IMG/VR virus record: IMGVR_UViG_3300043120_000165
Coordinates: 1 to 29,253 of that record
DNA: 29,253 nt
Direction: 5' to 3' (one strand)
Source of the DNA: a virus
Taxonomy: Duplodnaviria; Caudoviricetes
Shown: positions 9,278 to 18,462 of the stretch, one piece after another
Numbering within the stretch: position 1 is the first letter of the stretch
Layout: the number at the start of each line of letters is the position of its first letter
Notes under the pieces: model-generated
Database searches by the model: none
What the model was told of the DNA's origin: nothing
The model's input: the letters and a program-made list of their open reading frames with translations, nothing else
Position numbers and translations under genes: made by a program

Positions 9278-9704
9278 GTGTTTGCCACCCTTCATTCAAC
9301 CACTTAACTAGTTCTTTAACTGAATCGGTTGCAAATACAACCTTTTCATAATGTGTTAATCTTTCATAGACTGTGTAGGTCTTATCATGCCATGGTGAGT
9401 TTATTTGAACAACGATCAATGTGACGTTGGATTCCAAATCTGCAATTCTAAAGTCATCATAAAGATTGCCTTGAAGTGGACAGTTGTTTTTGAACCAAAC
9501 ATAACTCGTTTCTAAATCAACTTTACCACCATGCTTAATTTGCTTGATGATGTTGCCCATGCGTTTAGTCTTACTCTTTAAACTTGAGTCTTTACAAAAC
9601 CAATCGTACCATCCAGCTTGGATTTGAACCTTTACATCATTTGATTCGAAGTTTCCGTTATTGAAGGCTTGAATCCAATCCTTAAGCGTTTGTTGCTTTT
9701 CCAT
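9270..9704 (-). CDS. Conserved-looking phage hypothetical protein
   Basis: 144 aa; GGAGG RBS; AGWYDWFC and YVWFKNNCP...LYDDFRI motifs. Confidence 0.8.
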   Translation of the reverse strand: MEKQQTLKDWIQAFNNGNFESNDVKVQIQAGWYDWFCKDSSLKSKTKRMGNIIKQIKHGGKVDLETSYVWFKNNCPLQGNLYDDFRIADLESNVTLIVVQINSPWHDKTYTVYERLTHYEKVVFATDSVKELVKWLNEGWQTHV

Positions 9705-10008
9705 TGTTCAATCCTCCTATCTCACTTTTTCTGATAAATGCGGAGTATCTAGCATATCTTGAACCTTCTGCTTGAACTAGGATTCCATAATCTAATTCTT
9801 TAGTTGTTACCAAAATAGCATGCCATACATTATTACTATCTGTGTACATTAAGTCCTTGTGTTCTTTTATAAAATCATAATCACCAAGCATATCATCTAA
9901 GAACTTATTAAATCGTTTGTCTGTTATCTCAACTACTCTTTCAATAACAAAATCATCTTGTGGAACAATCTGTTCTTTGTATGCATTTGTGTCAAATTTA
10001 ACTTTCAT
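9682..10008 (-). CDS. DUF6329-like small protein
   Basis: DYDFIKEHKDLMY.D...HAILVT...GILVQAEGSRYARY; GAGG RBS. Confidence 0.8.
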   Translation of the reverse strand: MKVKFDTNAYKEQIVPQDDFVIERVVEITDKRFNKFLDDMLGDYDFIKEHKDLMYTDSNNVWHAILVTTKELDYGILVQAEGSRYARYSAFIRKSEIGGLNNGKATNA

Positions 10009-10044
10009 CGCTATTGCCTCTTTCCTAACCTTTTTGGGTTACTA

Positions 10045-10081
10045 CTATATATCACTCTAAAGGCCTTAAATAGCAAGTCAA
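10045..10081 (-). promoter_or_regulatory. Bipartite promoter/operator motif, copy 1
   Basis: TTGACTTGCTATT-N11-GAGTGATATATA; the same motif occurs at 23481. Confidence 0.7.
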
Positions 10082-10099
10082 TTCGACATCAATTGCTCA

Positions 10100-11311
10100 C
10101 TATAGTGACAATATCTGAAAGTCATTAATATGACTAAGTGGTATCTCTTTTCCGTTACGGATGAGATAGCAATCATCAAGCGATACTTTGTATTTGATAT
10201 AGCGTTTTACAATAACGTCTACAAACCTTCCATCAAGTTCCATGAGTCTCGCACTTCTTTGAAGCTGATCAGCTGCGATCATGGTTGATCCAGACCCACC
10301 AAATAAGTCTAGGACTATCTCATTAACTCTGGACGAATTCGAGATTGCTTTACCAACAAGCTCTAGAGGCTTCATGGTTGGATGTTCTTCATTTCGTTTT
10401 GGTTTGTTATATTCCCAGATAGTATCTTGTGTCCTGTCATCCACAAAGTAATGGGCTGCACCTTCTCTCCATCCATAAAGAATGGGTTCATGTCGCCAGT
10501 GATAATCTTGTCTGCCTAAAACAAGTGCATTCTTTACCCAGATAAGGCACTCAGCAAGTTTGTACCCAGCATTCTTGAAGGCATTTCTAAAGTTGAGTCC
10601 TTCTGTATCAGCATGACATACATAAATAGCACCACCTGGTTTTGTATGTTCAAACATATTCTCAAAGGCTTTATAAAGAAAAAGATAGAAGGTATTATCT
10701 TCCATCTTATCGTTCATAATTTTTCCAGCTGTTCCTTCATAGTCGACATTATATGGTGGATCTGTAAATACTAGATCAATCCGATCATCTTGGATCAGCT
10801 TCTTAACATCTGATTTTTCTGTTGAATCACCACACATCACTCTGTGATTACCTAAGATGTAAATATCACCTTTTTGTGTATATGGTGTATCGGTAAGATC
10901 ATCTGATGGATCAAAGTCATCATCGGTAGCATTGTCTGGAATATCAGCATCTAATTCTTCAAATCCGAATAGTGACATGTCCATTTCAATGTTTGCAAGT
11001 TCTTCTTCAAGTTTAGCAAAATCCCATGTAGCGAGTTCTGCAGTCTTGTTATCAGCAAGCCTAAATGCTTTGATTTGTTCTTCTGATAAGTCATCAGCAA
11101 TAATACACGGTACTTCATCAAGACCAAGCTTAAGACTTGCTTTCAGTCTTGTATGACCTGCAATGATCACATGATCCTTTGTGATCACAATCGGAACCTT
11201 AAATCCAAACTCCTCAATACTCTTTGCTACTGCATCAATTGCAGCATCATTGTTTCTTGGATTGTTTTCGTACTCTTGGAGTGCTGATACTTTCTTCATC
11301 ACTATATTCAT
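10100..11311 (-). CDS. ParB/Srx-domain fused N6/N4 DNA methyltransferase (beta class)
   Basis: N-terminal NNPR...SIEEFGF...IIAGHTR...ADNK; catalytic DPPY, then HPTMKP and DLFGGSGS. Confidence 0.95.
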   Translation of the reverse strand: MNIVMKKVSALQEYENNPRNNDAAIDAVAKSIEEFGFKVPIVITKDHVIIAGHTRLKASLKLGLDEVPCIIADDLSEEQIKAFRLADNKTAELATWDFAKLEEELANIEMDMSLFGFEELDADIPDNATDDDFDPSDDLTDTPYTQKGDIYILGNHRVMCGDSTEKSDVKKLIQDDRIDLVFTDPPYNVDYEGTAGKIMNDKMEDNTFYLFLYKAFENMFEHTKPGGAIYVCHADTEGLNFRNAFKNAGYKLAECLIWVKNALVLGRQDYHWRHEPILYGWREGAAHYFVDDRTQDTIWEYNKPKRNEEHPTMKPLELVGKAISNSSRVNEIVLDLFGGSGSTMIAADQLQRSARLMELDGRFVDVIVKRYIKYKVSLDDCYLIRNGKEIPLSHINDFQILSL

Positions 11312-11771
11312 TTATCCATACCTCTTCACCTTTTTCTAAACGTTTGGCCATCAGTTCTATCTCTGCTTTTTTATCATTGTACTCAATACCGAACTTTGTA
11401 ATGAGTAAATATTTAATCGCTGTAATTTCAGGCAGTGACTGCTTCTTATATTTTGTGATACGTTTTTTAGTACCTGATTTAGTCTCTTCAATTACAGTTT
11501 GTGTTTCTTCATATTCAAATCCAACAGCCCGTTGATACATTGCATCGACGAGCTTTTCTTTTAATTCCTCATCACCATATTGAAAGGCTTTGTTCAATTT
11601 TGGATGAGCTTTTCTTAACTTAATGAGTGTCTTTTCTGTGATACCTAAGTATTCAGCAACCTGTCGTTGAGTTGCTCTTTTAGATATCATTTCAGATATG
11701 GCTTTTAATCTACTATTTAGATGCCCAGATTCTTCCCAACGCTCATACAGATCTAGCATTTTCCCTTTCAT
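11247..11771 (-). CDS. HTH protein, terminase-small-subunit-like
   Basis: HTH QRQVAEYLGITEKTL followed by AMYQRAVG.EYEE...PEITAIKYLL; GGAG RBS. Confidence 0.75.
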   Translation of the reverse strand: MKGKMLDLYERWEESGHLNSRLKAISEMISKRATQRQVAEYLGITEKTLIKLRKAHPKLNKAFQYGDEELKEKLVDAMYQRAVGFEYEETQTVIEETKSGTKKRITKYKKQSLPEITAIKYLLITKFGIEYNDKKAEIELMAKRLEKGEEVWINEYSDEESISTPRVRKQSKKQ

Positions 11772-11849
11772 TTAATCACTCCAACTGTACAACTGTCATC
11801 GCATAAAACTGTAATAGTTTACCAGTTGGAATACTACAAGTATCTCTGC

Positions 11850-11880
11850 AAAAACAAAAAGGAACTCATTTCTGAATTCC
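11850..11880 (-). terminator. Terminator/attenuator inside the leader of the modification-packaging operon
   Basis: GGAATTCA-GAAA-TGAGTTCC-TTTTTGTTTTT on the minus strand. Confidence 0.8.
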
Positions 11881-11952
11881 CATTATTTCTAGGCTGGTTT
11901 TAAAGCCAGTATTCCATGTTATTTATAGCATATCAAAATAGTCAACTTTTAT

Positions 11953-11974
11953 CTATATGCTTAAAGCATAATCG
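11953..11974. repeat. Palindromic site A (TATGCTT-A-AAGCATA)
   Basis: Perfect 7-bp arms; 20/22 identical to the reverse complement of 23153-23174 and 16/17 to 25297-25313. Confidence 0.8.
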
Positions 11975-12048
11975 AAATCGTACACCAATCTTGGTCTTTT
12001 CCAACCAAAAACAACCATGAGTTTGTTATCATATTGATTTTCTTTTCG

Positions 12049-12108
12049 TTTCCACTTTGTTAGCCCATATACACAGATTATCGGCGTAATGAACAAAAAT
12101 TATTCTTG
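12049..12108 (-). promoter_or_regulatory. Conserved GCCGATAA element, copy 1
   Basis: 12049-12086 matches 19991-20028 at 32/38 positions; contains the sigma28-type -10 GCCGATAA. Confidence 0.7.
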
Positions 12109-13086
12109 AATACCCTTTAATTCTTGTTCAAGCATGTATTCCTCTCTAATTTCTGATAATGTTTTGTTACTTTCTTTATGAATTGCGAAAACATATGTTT
12201 GTATACTTGACCATCCGTAAAGATTTTTTAACCAGACTTGCATTGATAACTCTTTACCATCTACTTTAACATTTCCATTTTTCAGAAGAATAGCTTCATC
12301 TTCCCTATCTTTTGCTCTTATCACATCGCCAGCTTTAACTACACCCCAGGATAGCAATGTATCTATTTTTGGAAGTGATCTTCTGGTTATTCCTTTGGTG
12401 ATCCTTTGAGTTGGCTCAGATTTATCAAGTAAGTTCACGTAGAAATCATCATAGTTCGCTAATGGAAGTAATTTTTCTGTATCAAGGTAAATATCAGATC
12501 CTAGTTTATATGGTATTAGTTTAAAGCAACTCATGTCTACTTTGTTTTTGTTTAACCAAGCAACTGCTGATAAAGTCTGTTCGTCAAATTCAGAAGCAAC
12601 TAATATTATTCTTTGGTTCTCATTGAATTTATCCAAAGCATTGTTGACTTTTAAAAATTCTTTGACTTTTCTAAGTCCAAGCTCATATGATGTTAGTTCG
12701 TTCAGCGTAAATTCTTCTTTATACTTTTCAATATAAGGAGCGTAGACAACCTTAACTAGGTCTTCCACTGATTTAATGGTTGCATAACTTGCAGCATATC
12801 TGATAGCTTGAAACTCAAAAGCTTCTTTCCTACCCTCGATATCTTTTTTATCACGTTTGATTTCAATTAATACCACAGAACCATTATTATCAATTGCGGT
12901 TAAGTCACTTCTGCCATTCTTTTCGTTCTTTACCTGTCTACCAATTATTAACAATGATTCTTCATCATCACAAACCATATCAATATTAGTTCTAAGAACT
13001 TCTTCGATATCACTTTCTAGTAGACCAAGATCAGAGAATGTAACCTTTTCTATTTTTGTTGTTTTTTTACTTTTTAAATTGTACAT
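12100..13086 (-). CDS. NucS/DUF91-like PD-(D/E)xK nuclease with a RAMA-like C-terminal domain
   Basis: RSDLTAID...VLIEIKR...QAIRYAA nuclease motifs. The C-terminal LLSWGVVKAGD...AILLKNGNVKVDG...KTLSEIR resembles RAMA. AGGAGG RBS. Confidence 0.75.
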   Translation of the reverse strand: MYNLKSKKTTKIEKVTFSDLGLLESDIEEVLRTNIDMVCDDEESLLIIGRQVKNEKNGRSDLTAIDNNGSVVLIEIKRDKKDIEGRKEAFEFQAIRYAASYATIKSVEDLVKVVYAPYIEKYKEEFTLNELTSYELGLRKVKEFLKVNNALDKFNENQRIILVASEFDEQTLSAVAWLNKNKVDMSCFKLIPYKLGSDIYLDTEKLLPLANYDDFYVNLLDKSEPTQRITKGITRRSLPKIDTLLSWGVVKAGDVIRAKDREDEAILLKNGNVKVDGKELSMQVWLKNLYGWSSIQTYVFAIHKESNKTLSEIREEYMLEQELKGIQE

Positions 13087-13097
13087 GAAATCCTCCT

Positions 13098-13132
13098 AAA
13101 AAAAAGATGCTATACCTTTTCAGTATAACATC
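13098..13132 (-). terminator. Terminator after hsdS overlapping an extended -10 for the nuclease gene
   Basis: GATGTTATAC-tgaaaag-GTATAGCATC-T8; the 5' arm contains TGnTATACT. Confidence 0.65.
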
Positions 13133-13159
13133 ACATTTACATATTGTATATAGTTCACA

Positions 13160-14659
13160 TTATTGCTTAACGTTTCTGTTCATAAGAGAGATCATGTGTT
13201 TATACTTTTGAACTATTACCTCTTGTTTAAATTTTGGCGGGAGTGGGAACAAAATGTTTAGAATATTTTCCCTTGAAATACCAGGAATCAAACTTCTAGC
13301 TTTTGATTTTAAATCAGTAACATAATAACTTAAAACCATTTTTAAGTATTCATAATCCAAAAAATCACTACGTAAAGCCATAATTTGTCGAGCAATGTGG
13401 ATATCTCCTAAATAGTTATATGCGATATCTCCAATTGTTCCTTTAACTGTAATCAACAAGTCGCCTTTTTGAGAAATAACACCTGGCGCATTCGTCCAAC
13501 GATTAATTATCAATCTCCCATTGTCAAAATTACTTGCACCTGTCATATATGGTATTCCAACTTGCTTAGAATTGTACCTATCTTTTGTCAAGTCTCTGCC
13601 AGATATCAATTTAATAACATCACCTAGTCTAATGAATATCCAATCTTCTGGTATCTCGAAAGGAAGTTCTTCTGTAATATCATTATGCCGAGATCCTATT
13701 TTTTCGATTAACCGATAGTTCTCATCTTTATATATGTGACTAACTGATTTGAAAATATTTTTTGAATGACAATATTTATCGAATTCAATTTTAGCAAGAT
13801 TTTCTTGTTGAATCTCACTAAATAAGTCTCCTTTTATTGATACTAATAGAATACTTTTTTGTAGTTCCTCTTTAAATCTGATATCCAGCTGATCATCCAT
13901 AATATTCTGTATTCTAAGTTTTTCTATGAGGGAATCCAAGTAATCAAGTTGATTTGCAATAATCTCTTGTTCTTCTAATGGTGGTACGGGTACATGTAAA
14001 GCCCTTATCTTATTTATACCTACTCCACCTATTATTCCTGAGATAGATGTTTTAAACAAATCTGTAAATTCGGGTGTTTGTAAGAAATAATACAGATATC
14101 TTTCGTTAAACATATATGGGGATATTGCGGCGAGTTTATTACCAAAACACACAATTTGGTTAGTTATAGCAATTTTTCTACCCGCGCTTCCACCTTCTAT
14201 GCAAAACAGTATTGAATTCTCTAATGCTTGCTCAAAGTTTTCATAATCAGAAATACGAACATTATTATTATAATTAATCGTCCGATCAAAATTTACATCT
14301 TTTGTTCCAATATAGGGATATCCAATTTCGGTGTTTGTGTATTTCTTTTTCTTGACTCCTTCGTTTATACTATTCCCAGTTCGTACATTTGCGATACTTT
14401 CAAGAGATGCTATTGCCCAGTGATCAGGAAGATCGTATACTGAATCTAAATCAATATACTTTTTATTCTTGATTCCGTATTCAAACCATCCTAACTCATC
14501 TTTCAGTAAAAAAAGAGGTTTTCCTTTGACGTTATTGTTCTTTCTAAAATTAATAATATCTGTTATTAATTCCTTTGATTCAATGCCATCAGAATTTTTG
14601 AGATATCTACCAAATACATACTCACTCAGTATTGATGTTCTAAGTTCATCTGCAAACAT
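13160..14659 (-). CDS. hsdS: Type I R-M specificity subunit
   Basis: Two TRDs bounded by LPDHW/IPEDW and PVPPLEEQ/PLPPKFKQ conserved regions. Confidence 0.93.
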   Translation of the reverse strand: MFADELRTSILSEYVFGRYLKNSDGIESKELITDIINFRKNNNVKGKPLFLLKDELGWFEYGIKNKKYIDLDSVYDLPDHWAIASLESIANVRTGNSINEGVKKKKYTNTEIGYPYIGTKDVNFDRTINYNNNVRISDYENFEQALENSILFCIEGGSAGRKIAITNQIVCFGNKLAAISPYMFNERYLYYFLQTPEFTDLFKTSISGIIGGVGINKIRALHVPVPPLEEQEIIANQLDYLDSLIEKLRIQNIMDDQLDIRFKEELQKSILLVSIKGDLFSEIQQENLAKIEFDKYCHSKNIFKSVSHIYKDENYRLIEKIGSRHNDITEELPFEIPEDWIFIRLGDVIKLISGRDLTKDRYNSKQVGIPYMTGASNFDNGRLIINRWTNAPGVISQKGDLLITVKGTIGDIAYNYLGDIHIARQIMALRSDFLDYEYLKMVLSYYVTDLKSKARSLIPGISRENILNILFPLPPKFKQEVIVQKYKHMISLMNRNVKQ

Positions 14660-14663
14660 ATTA

Positions 14664-16142
14664 TTATATCCCCATGAAATCTTTGATTTCTTGAATAAGT
14701 TCTTTGATTGAACTATCTAACTCATCTTTTTCTCTTAAATATTGTGTAATAAGTAACTGAGGATCTAATATTTCATTGTTAACATATGGAAAGCCACAAA
14801 AATCTAAATTATAATTTATAGTCTTTATATCTGAATATACAACTTTCTTTGATTTGTAAAATCCCTCAGAGTCCTTAATTTCTATTTTTGATTTAAGCCA
14901 TGTTCGAATTTCATCAAAATGATGATTTGTTATAGGCTTAGTTTTTGAAAATGCTTTGTAATTACTTGGTAAATCTAATCGATAAAACCAAGTTTCTTTT
15001 GTTCCTGAACCATTATTATCAAAGAACAATACATTCGTTGTAATAGTTGTATATGGAGCAAAAACGCTTTTTGGTAACCTTATAACTGTGTGCAAATTAA
15101 AGTTGTCTAATAGATGCTTCTTAATTGCAGATTTGGCTCCATCATCACCAACTAAAAACCCATCAGGTAAAACCACACCAACTCTACCGTTCAATTTTAA
15201 TCTAAACATAATTAGAATCATGAATAAATCTGCAGTTTCTGAACTCCTCATGTCATACGGAAAACTCATCTTGACTATGTCATCTTCTGTCCCTCCATAT
15301 GGTGGATTCATCAATATTACGTCGAACTTCTCATTTTCAGAATAGTCCTTAACATTCTTTATTAATGAATTATCATAATAAAAATGTGGTTCATCAACAT
15401 CATGCAATATTAGGTTTGTTAAACCTAGAGAAAAGGCAAAGGATTTTTTTTCGATACCATATAGATTCCTTCTTGCAATTTGAATATCCTCAGGAGTTGA
15501 AATATTCTTTTCAAAGTGTTTTAAAGCACTAACAAGAAAACCCCCAGTTCCAGCTGCAAAATCCGCTACTGTTTCACCAAGCTGAGGGTTTACAACTTCG
15601 GTTATAAAATCAGTCAATGCTCTTGGAGTATAAAACTCGCCTCCATCTCTCTTAGAATCCTGTAAATCTTTTAGCATTGATTCATATAAATCACCAAACT
15701 CGTGTGCTTCAGTATAGTTTGTAAAATCAACCTCGTTTAATGCATTTATCATTTGTCTTAATTTGGTGCCATTCTTCATAAAATTATTTGCATCTTCAAA
15801 GATGTTTTTAACAATAATATGTCTTTTGGGTGTGTATTCATTGATTTCTATTTTCTTCAAATAAGGGATTAAATCGTTATTAACAAAATTTAGCAAATCA
15901 TCACCAGTCAGTGCTTTTCCGTCATTTGAATCTACTGCCCAATTTCTCCATTTAAACTCTTCTGGTATAACTGACTTGTAATCATCTTCTTTTATTTCCC
16001 AAATCTCTTCTTTTGCATCGTAAATCTTTAAAAATATCATCCAAATAGTCTGCTTTAAATATTGGACAGTTCCTGAAAGATCATCACCTCTCATGATATT
16101 TTGTAGTCTTTTAATCAGTGTTGTTATAGACAAAATACTCAC
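14664..16142 (-). CDS. hsdM: Type I R-M methyltransferase
   Basis: GEFYTPR, DFAAGTGGF and NPPY motifs; GTG start. Confidence 0.95.
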   Translation of the reverse strand: MSILSITTLIKRLQNIMRGDDLSGTVQYLKQTIWMIFLKIYDAKEEIWEIKEDDYKSVIPEEFKWRNWAVDSNDGKALTGDDLLNFVNNDLIPYLKKIEINEYTPKRHIIVKNIFEDANNFMKNGTKLRQMINALNEVDFTNYTEAHEFGDLYESMLKDLQDSKRDGGEFYTPRALTDFITEVVNPQLGETVADFAAGTGGFLVSALKHFEKNISTPEDIQIARRNLYGIEKKSFAFSLGLTNLILHDVDEPHFYYDNSLIKNVKDYSENEKFDVILMNPPYGGTEDDIVKMSFPYDMRSSETADLFMILIMFRLKLNGRVGVVLPDGFLVGDDGAKSAIKKHLLDNFNLHTVIRLPKSVFAPYTTITTNVLFFDNNGSGTKETWFYRLDLPSNYKAFSKTKPITNHHFDEIRTWLKSKIEIKDSEGFYKSKKVVYSDIKTINYNLDFCGFPYVNNEILDPQLLITQYLREKDELDSSIKELIQEIKDFMGI

Positions 16143-16143
16143 C

Positions 16144-18462
16144 TCAATTTTTATATAATAAATTCACTATTGTCTCTATACTTGAAAGATACTGTTTCTT
16201 GCTGCCAAATCTTCTTATAGTATGTACTATACCACCATACTTTCCAAAAGTTTGCAACTCTAATACCGAAATATCTTCTAAAACACTAGAGTCGTGTTTC
16301 ATATATACTTCGAGTAAATCATCAACAATAACACTTATTTCGTTACTGAGTGACTTGTAATATGATGAATCCTTGACATTTTTAACTCTCTCGATCTTCA
16401 ATTTTACTTCTTGATCAAAACCTATCATTGAAATCAAGTCATATATATCAACATCTTTACCTGCTTTATCGAGAAGATCTATTAGATTTACTCCTTTTTC
16501 TTCAAAACGATTGATAATACTAGATTTTTCTTTGGTTAACCATTGCTTTCTAAATATTTCGTGTGTTGCGTACTCTTCTAGGATTATTTTTCTAAAATTT
16601 TCAGAATGATTTGCTACTAGCTTGCCATCAATTCCATAATACAATTCCATTTCGCTAATGATTTTTGCATCAACATCAGTTACTCGATATTTAATACTGT
16701 CTTCATTTAAATCTTCAACTGAATCTTCAACTAAATCATTTTCATCATCTTGATATGGCTTATCCAGAGGTCCAACATAAACTGATGTTGCAGGACCATC
16801 GAATTCAGGATCACTAAATAACAATGTTGCTTTTCTGAAATCTAAAATTGAAAAAAATCTCTTATCTCTATCCCAAACTAGTCGAGTTCCTCTACCAATT
16901 ATTTGCTTAAATTTAGTCATAGAATTTATTACTGTGTCTAGTACAATAACTTTGCATAGTTTAATATTAACACCTGTAGTTAGTAGTTCGGATGTTGTCG
17001 CAATAACTGGATATTTAGAATTCATATCACTAAAATTTTCTAATTGTGATTTTCCAAATTGATCGTCACCTGTTATTTTTGTTACATATCTGTCATCTTG
17101 AGCGACCAAATCACTATTTTCATTTATGAGTGCTTGTCTCATTCTAGCAGCATGGTCTATATCAACACAAAAAACTATAGTCTTCGCGAATCTATCAGTC
17201 TCTTTTAAGTACTCAGTTATACGTTTTGCGACAATTTTAGTTCTTTCATCTATTATTATTTTTTTGTCAAAATCTTTTGAGGTATATACTCTCTGCTCAA
17301 TTTCATTACCGTAAACATCAAGTTTACCTGATTCCGGAATATAACCTTCCAAATCTTTATCAATTCCAAATCTTAAGACTCTATAAGGTGCTAAGAAACC
17401 ATCATCAATACCTTCTTTAAGGCTATATGTGTAAATAGGTTCTCCAAAATATTCACTATTTGATACATCTTCAGTTTCTTTTGGAGTTGCTGTCATACCT
17501 AAGTGTATTGCATCAGAAAAATAATCTAGTACTTTTCTCCAAGCACTGTTCTCCTTAGCGGATCCACGATGACACTCATCAACAATAATCAAGTCAAAGA
17601 AATCAGGTTTAAATTGCTTGAAAGTTTCAAAATCATCTTCTCCAGATAATTGCTGATATAAAGACATAAATATATCATAAGCAGAGTCTAATACTTTTTT
17701 TTCAACTTTAGTGATTACATTTTTATTTTTGAAAGGTGCAAAGTCGTCAAGTATCGTTTGGTCTATCAATATATTTCTATCCGCCAAATAAAGTACTTTT
17801 TTCACCAATCCAGCAGCATATAACCTGTGAATAATTTGAAAAGCAGTGTATGTTTTACCTGTACCAGTAGCCATAACTAACATGGCTCTTTTTTTAAGAT
17901 TAGAATCCTTATTTACCTTAGCGACAAACTCAACTGCCCTATTAATCGCAATTCTCTGATAGTATCTAGGTTTATTTCCACCTTCTCTATAGTGATAAGC
18001 AGTCTTAATAACACTTTCGATATCATCATCTATAGATTTAAAATTCTTATATCTGTTCCAAAGATCATCACTGGAAGGAAAATCATTCATACCAAGCTCG
18101 CGTTCTCTTCCAGTTAACATGTCGTGCTCCAAAAATCCATTACCATTTGTTGAGTAGGCAAAAGGAACATCTAGTATTCTAGCATACTCAATAGCCTGCT
18201 GGATACCATCATGAACAGAGTGTTTAAGATCTTTTGCTTCAACAATTGCTATGGGATAATTATTGTGATGATATAACAAATAATCTGCACGTTTTTGAGT
18301 GCCTCTCTTTGTTCTTTTTCCATTCACTATAACCTTTCCATCAGTAAAAACATCTGATGAGATTACTCTTTTTTCCATTGATATTTTATCAAAAGTCCAT
18401 CCGCTCGAACTTAACGCAGGTTCGATATATCTCTTCTTAACATCTTCTTCAGTAAGATTCAT
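16144..18462 (-). CDS. hsdR: Type I R-M restriction subunit (EcoAI/EcoEI-like size)
   Basis: ADY...VEAK nuclease motif, MATGTGKT, DECH, TATP, QIIGRGTR. Likely start at 18462 after GGGGG; the ORF extends to 18474. Confidence 0.95.
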   Translation of the reverse strand: MNLTEEDVKKRYIEPALSSSGWTFDKISMEKRVISSDVFTDGKVIVNGKRTKRGTQKRADYLLYHHNNYPIAIVEAKDLKHSVHDGIQQAIEYARILDVPFAYSTNGNGFLEHDMLTGRERELGMNDFPSSDDLWNRYKNFKSIDDDIESVIKTAYHYREGGNKPRYYQRIAINRAVEFVAKVNKDSNLKKRAMLVMATGTGKTYTAFQIIHRLYAAGLVKKVLYLADRNILIDQTILDDFAPFKNKNVITKVEKKVLDSAYDIFMSLYQQLSGEDDFETFKQFKPDFFDLIIVDECHRGSAKENSAWRKVLDYFSDAIHLGMTATPKETEDVSNSEYFGEPIYTYSLKEGIDDGFLAPYRVLRFGIDKDLEGYIPESGKLDVYGNEIEQRVYTSKDFDKKIIIDERTKIVAKRITEYLKETDRFAKTIVFCVDIDHAARMRQALINENSDLVAQDDRYVTKITGDDQFGKSQLENFSDMNSKYPVIATTSELLTTGVNIKLCKVIVLDTVINSMTKFKQIIGRGTRLVWDRDKRFFSILDFRKATLLFSDPEFDGPATSVYVGPLDKPYQDDENDLVEDSVEDLNEDSIKYRVTDVDAKIISEMELYYGIDGKLVANHSENFRKIILEEYATHEIFRKQWLTKEKSSIINRFEEKGVNLIDLLDKAGKDVDIYDLISMIGFDQEVKLKIERVKNVKDSSYYKSLSNEISVIVDDLLEVYMKHDSSVLEDISVLELQTFGKYGGIVHTIRRFGSKKQYLSSIETIVNLLYKN

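Noticed and set aside
11772-12090. Assignment to a known riboswitch class (SAM-I, c-di-GMP)
   Set aside because: I could not find the diagnostic consensus nucleotides; kept only as an unclassified structured leader.
13160-14659. hsdS shufflon driven by the tyrosine recombinase
   Set aside because: Only one hsdS, no silent TRD copies, no long DNA repeats seen, and the recombinase is more than 6 kb away.
14664-16142. NPPY motif as a sign of an m4C-type two-methyltransferase type I system
   Set aside because: Only one hsdM is present and NPPY alone does not establish the target base; methylome data would be needed.
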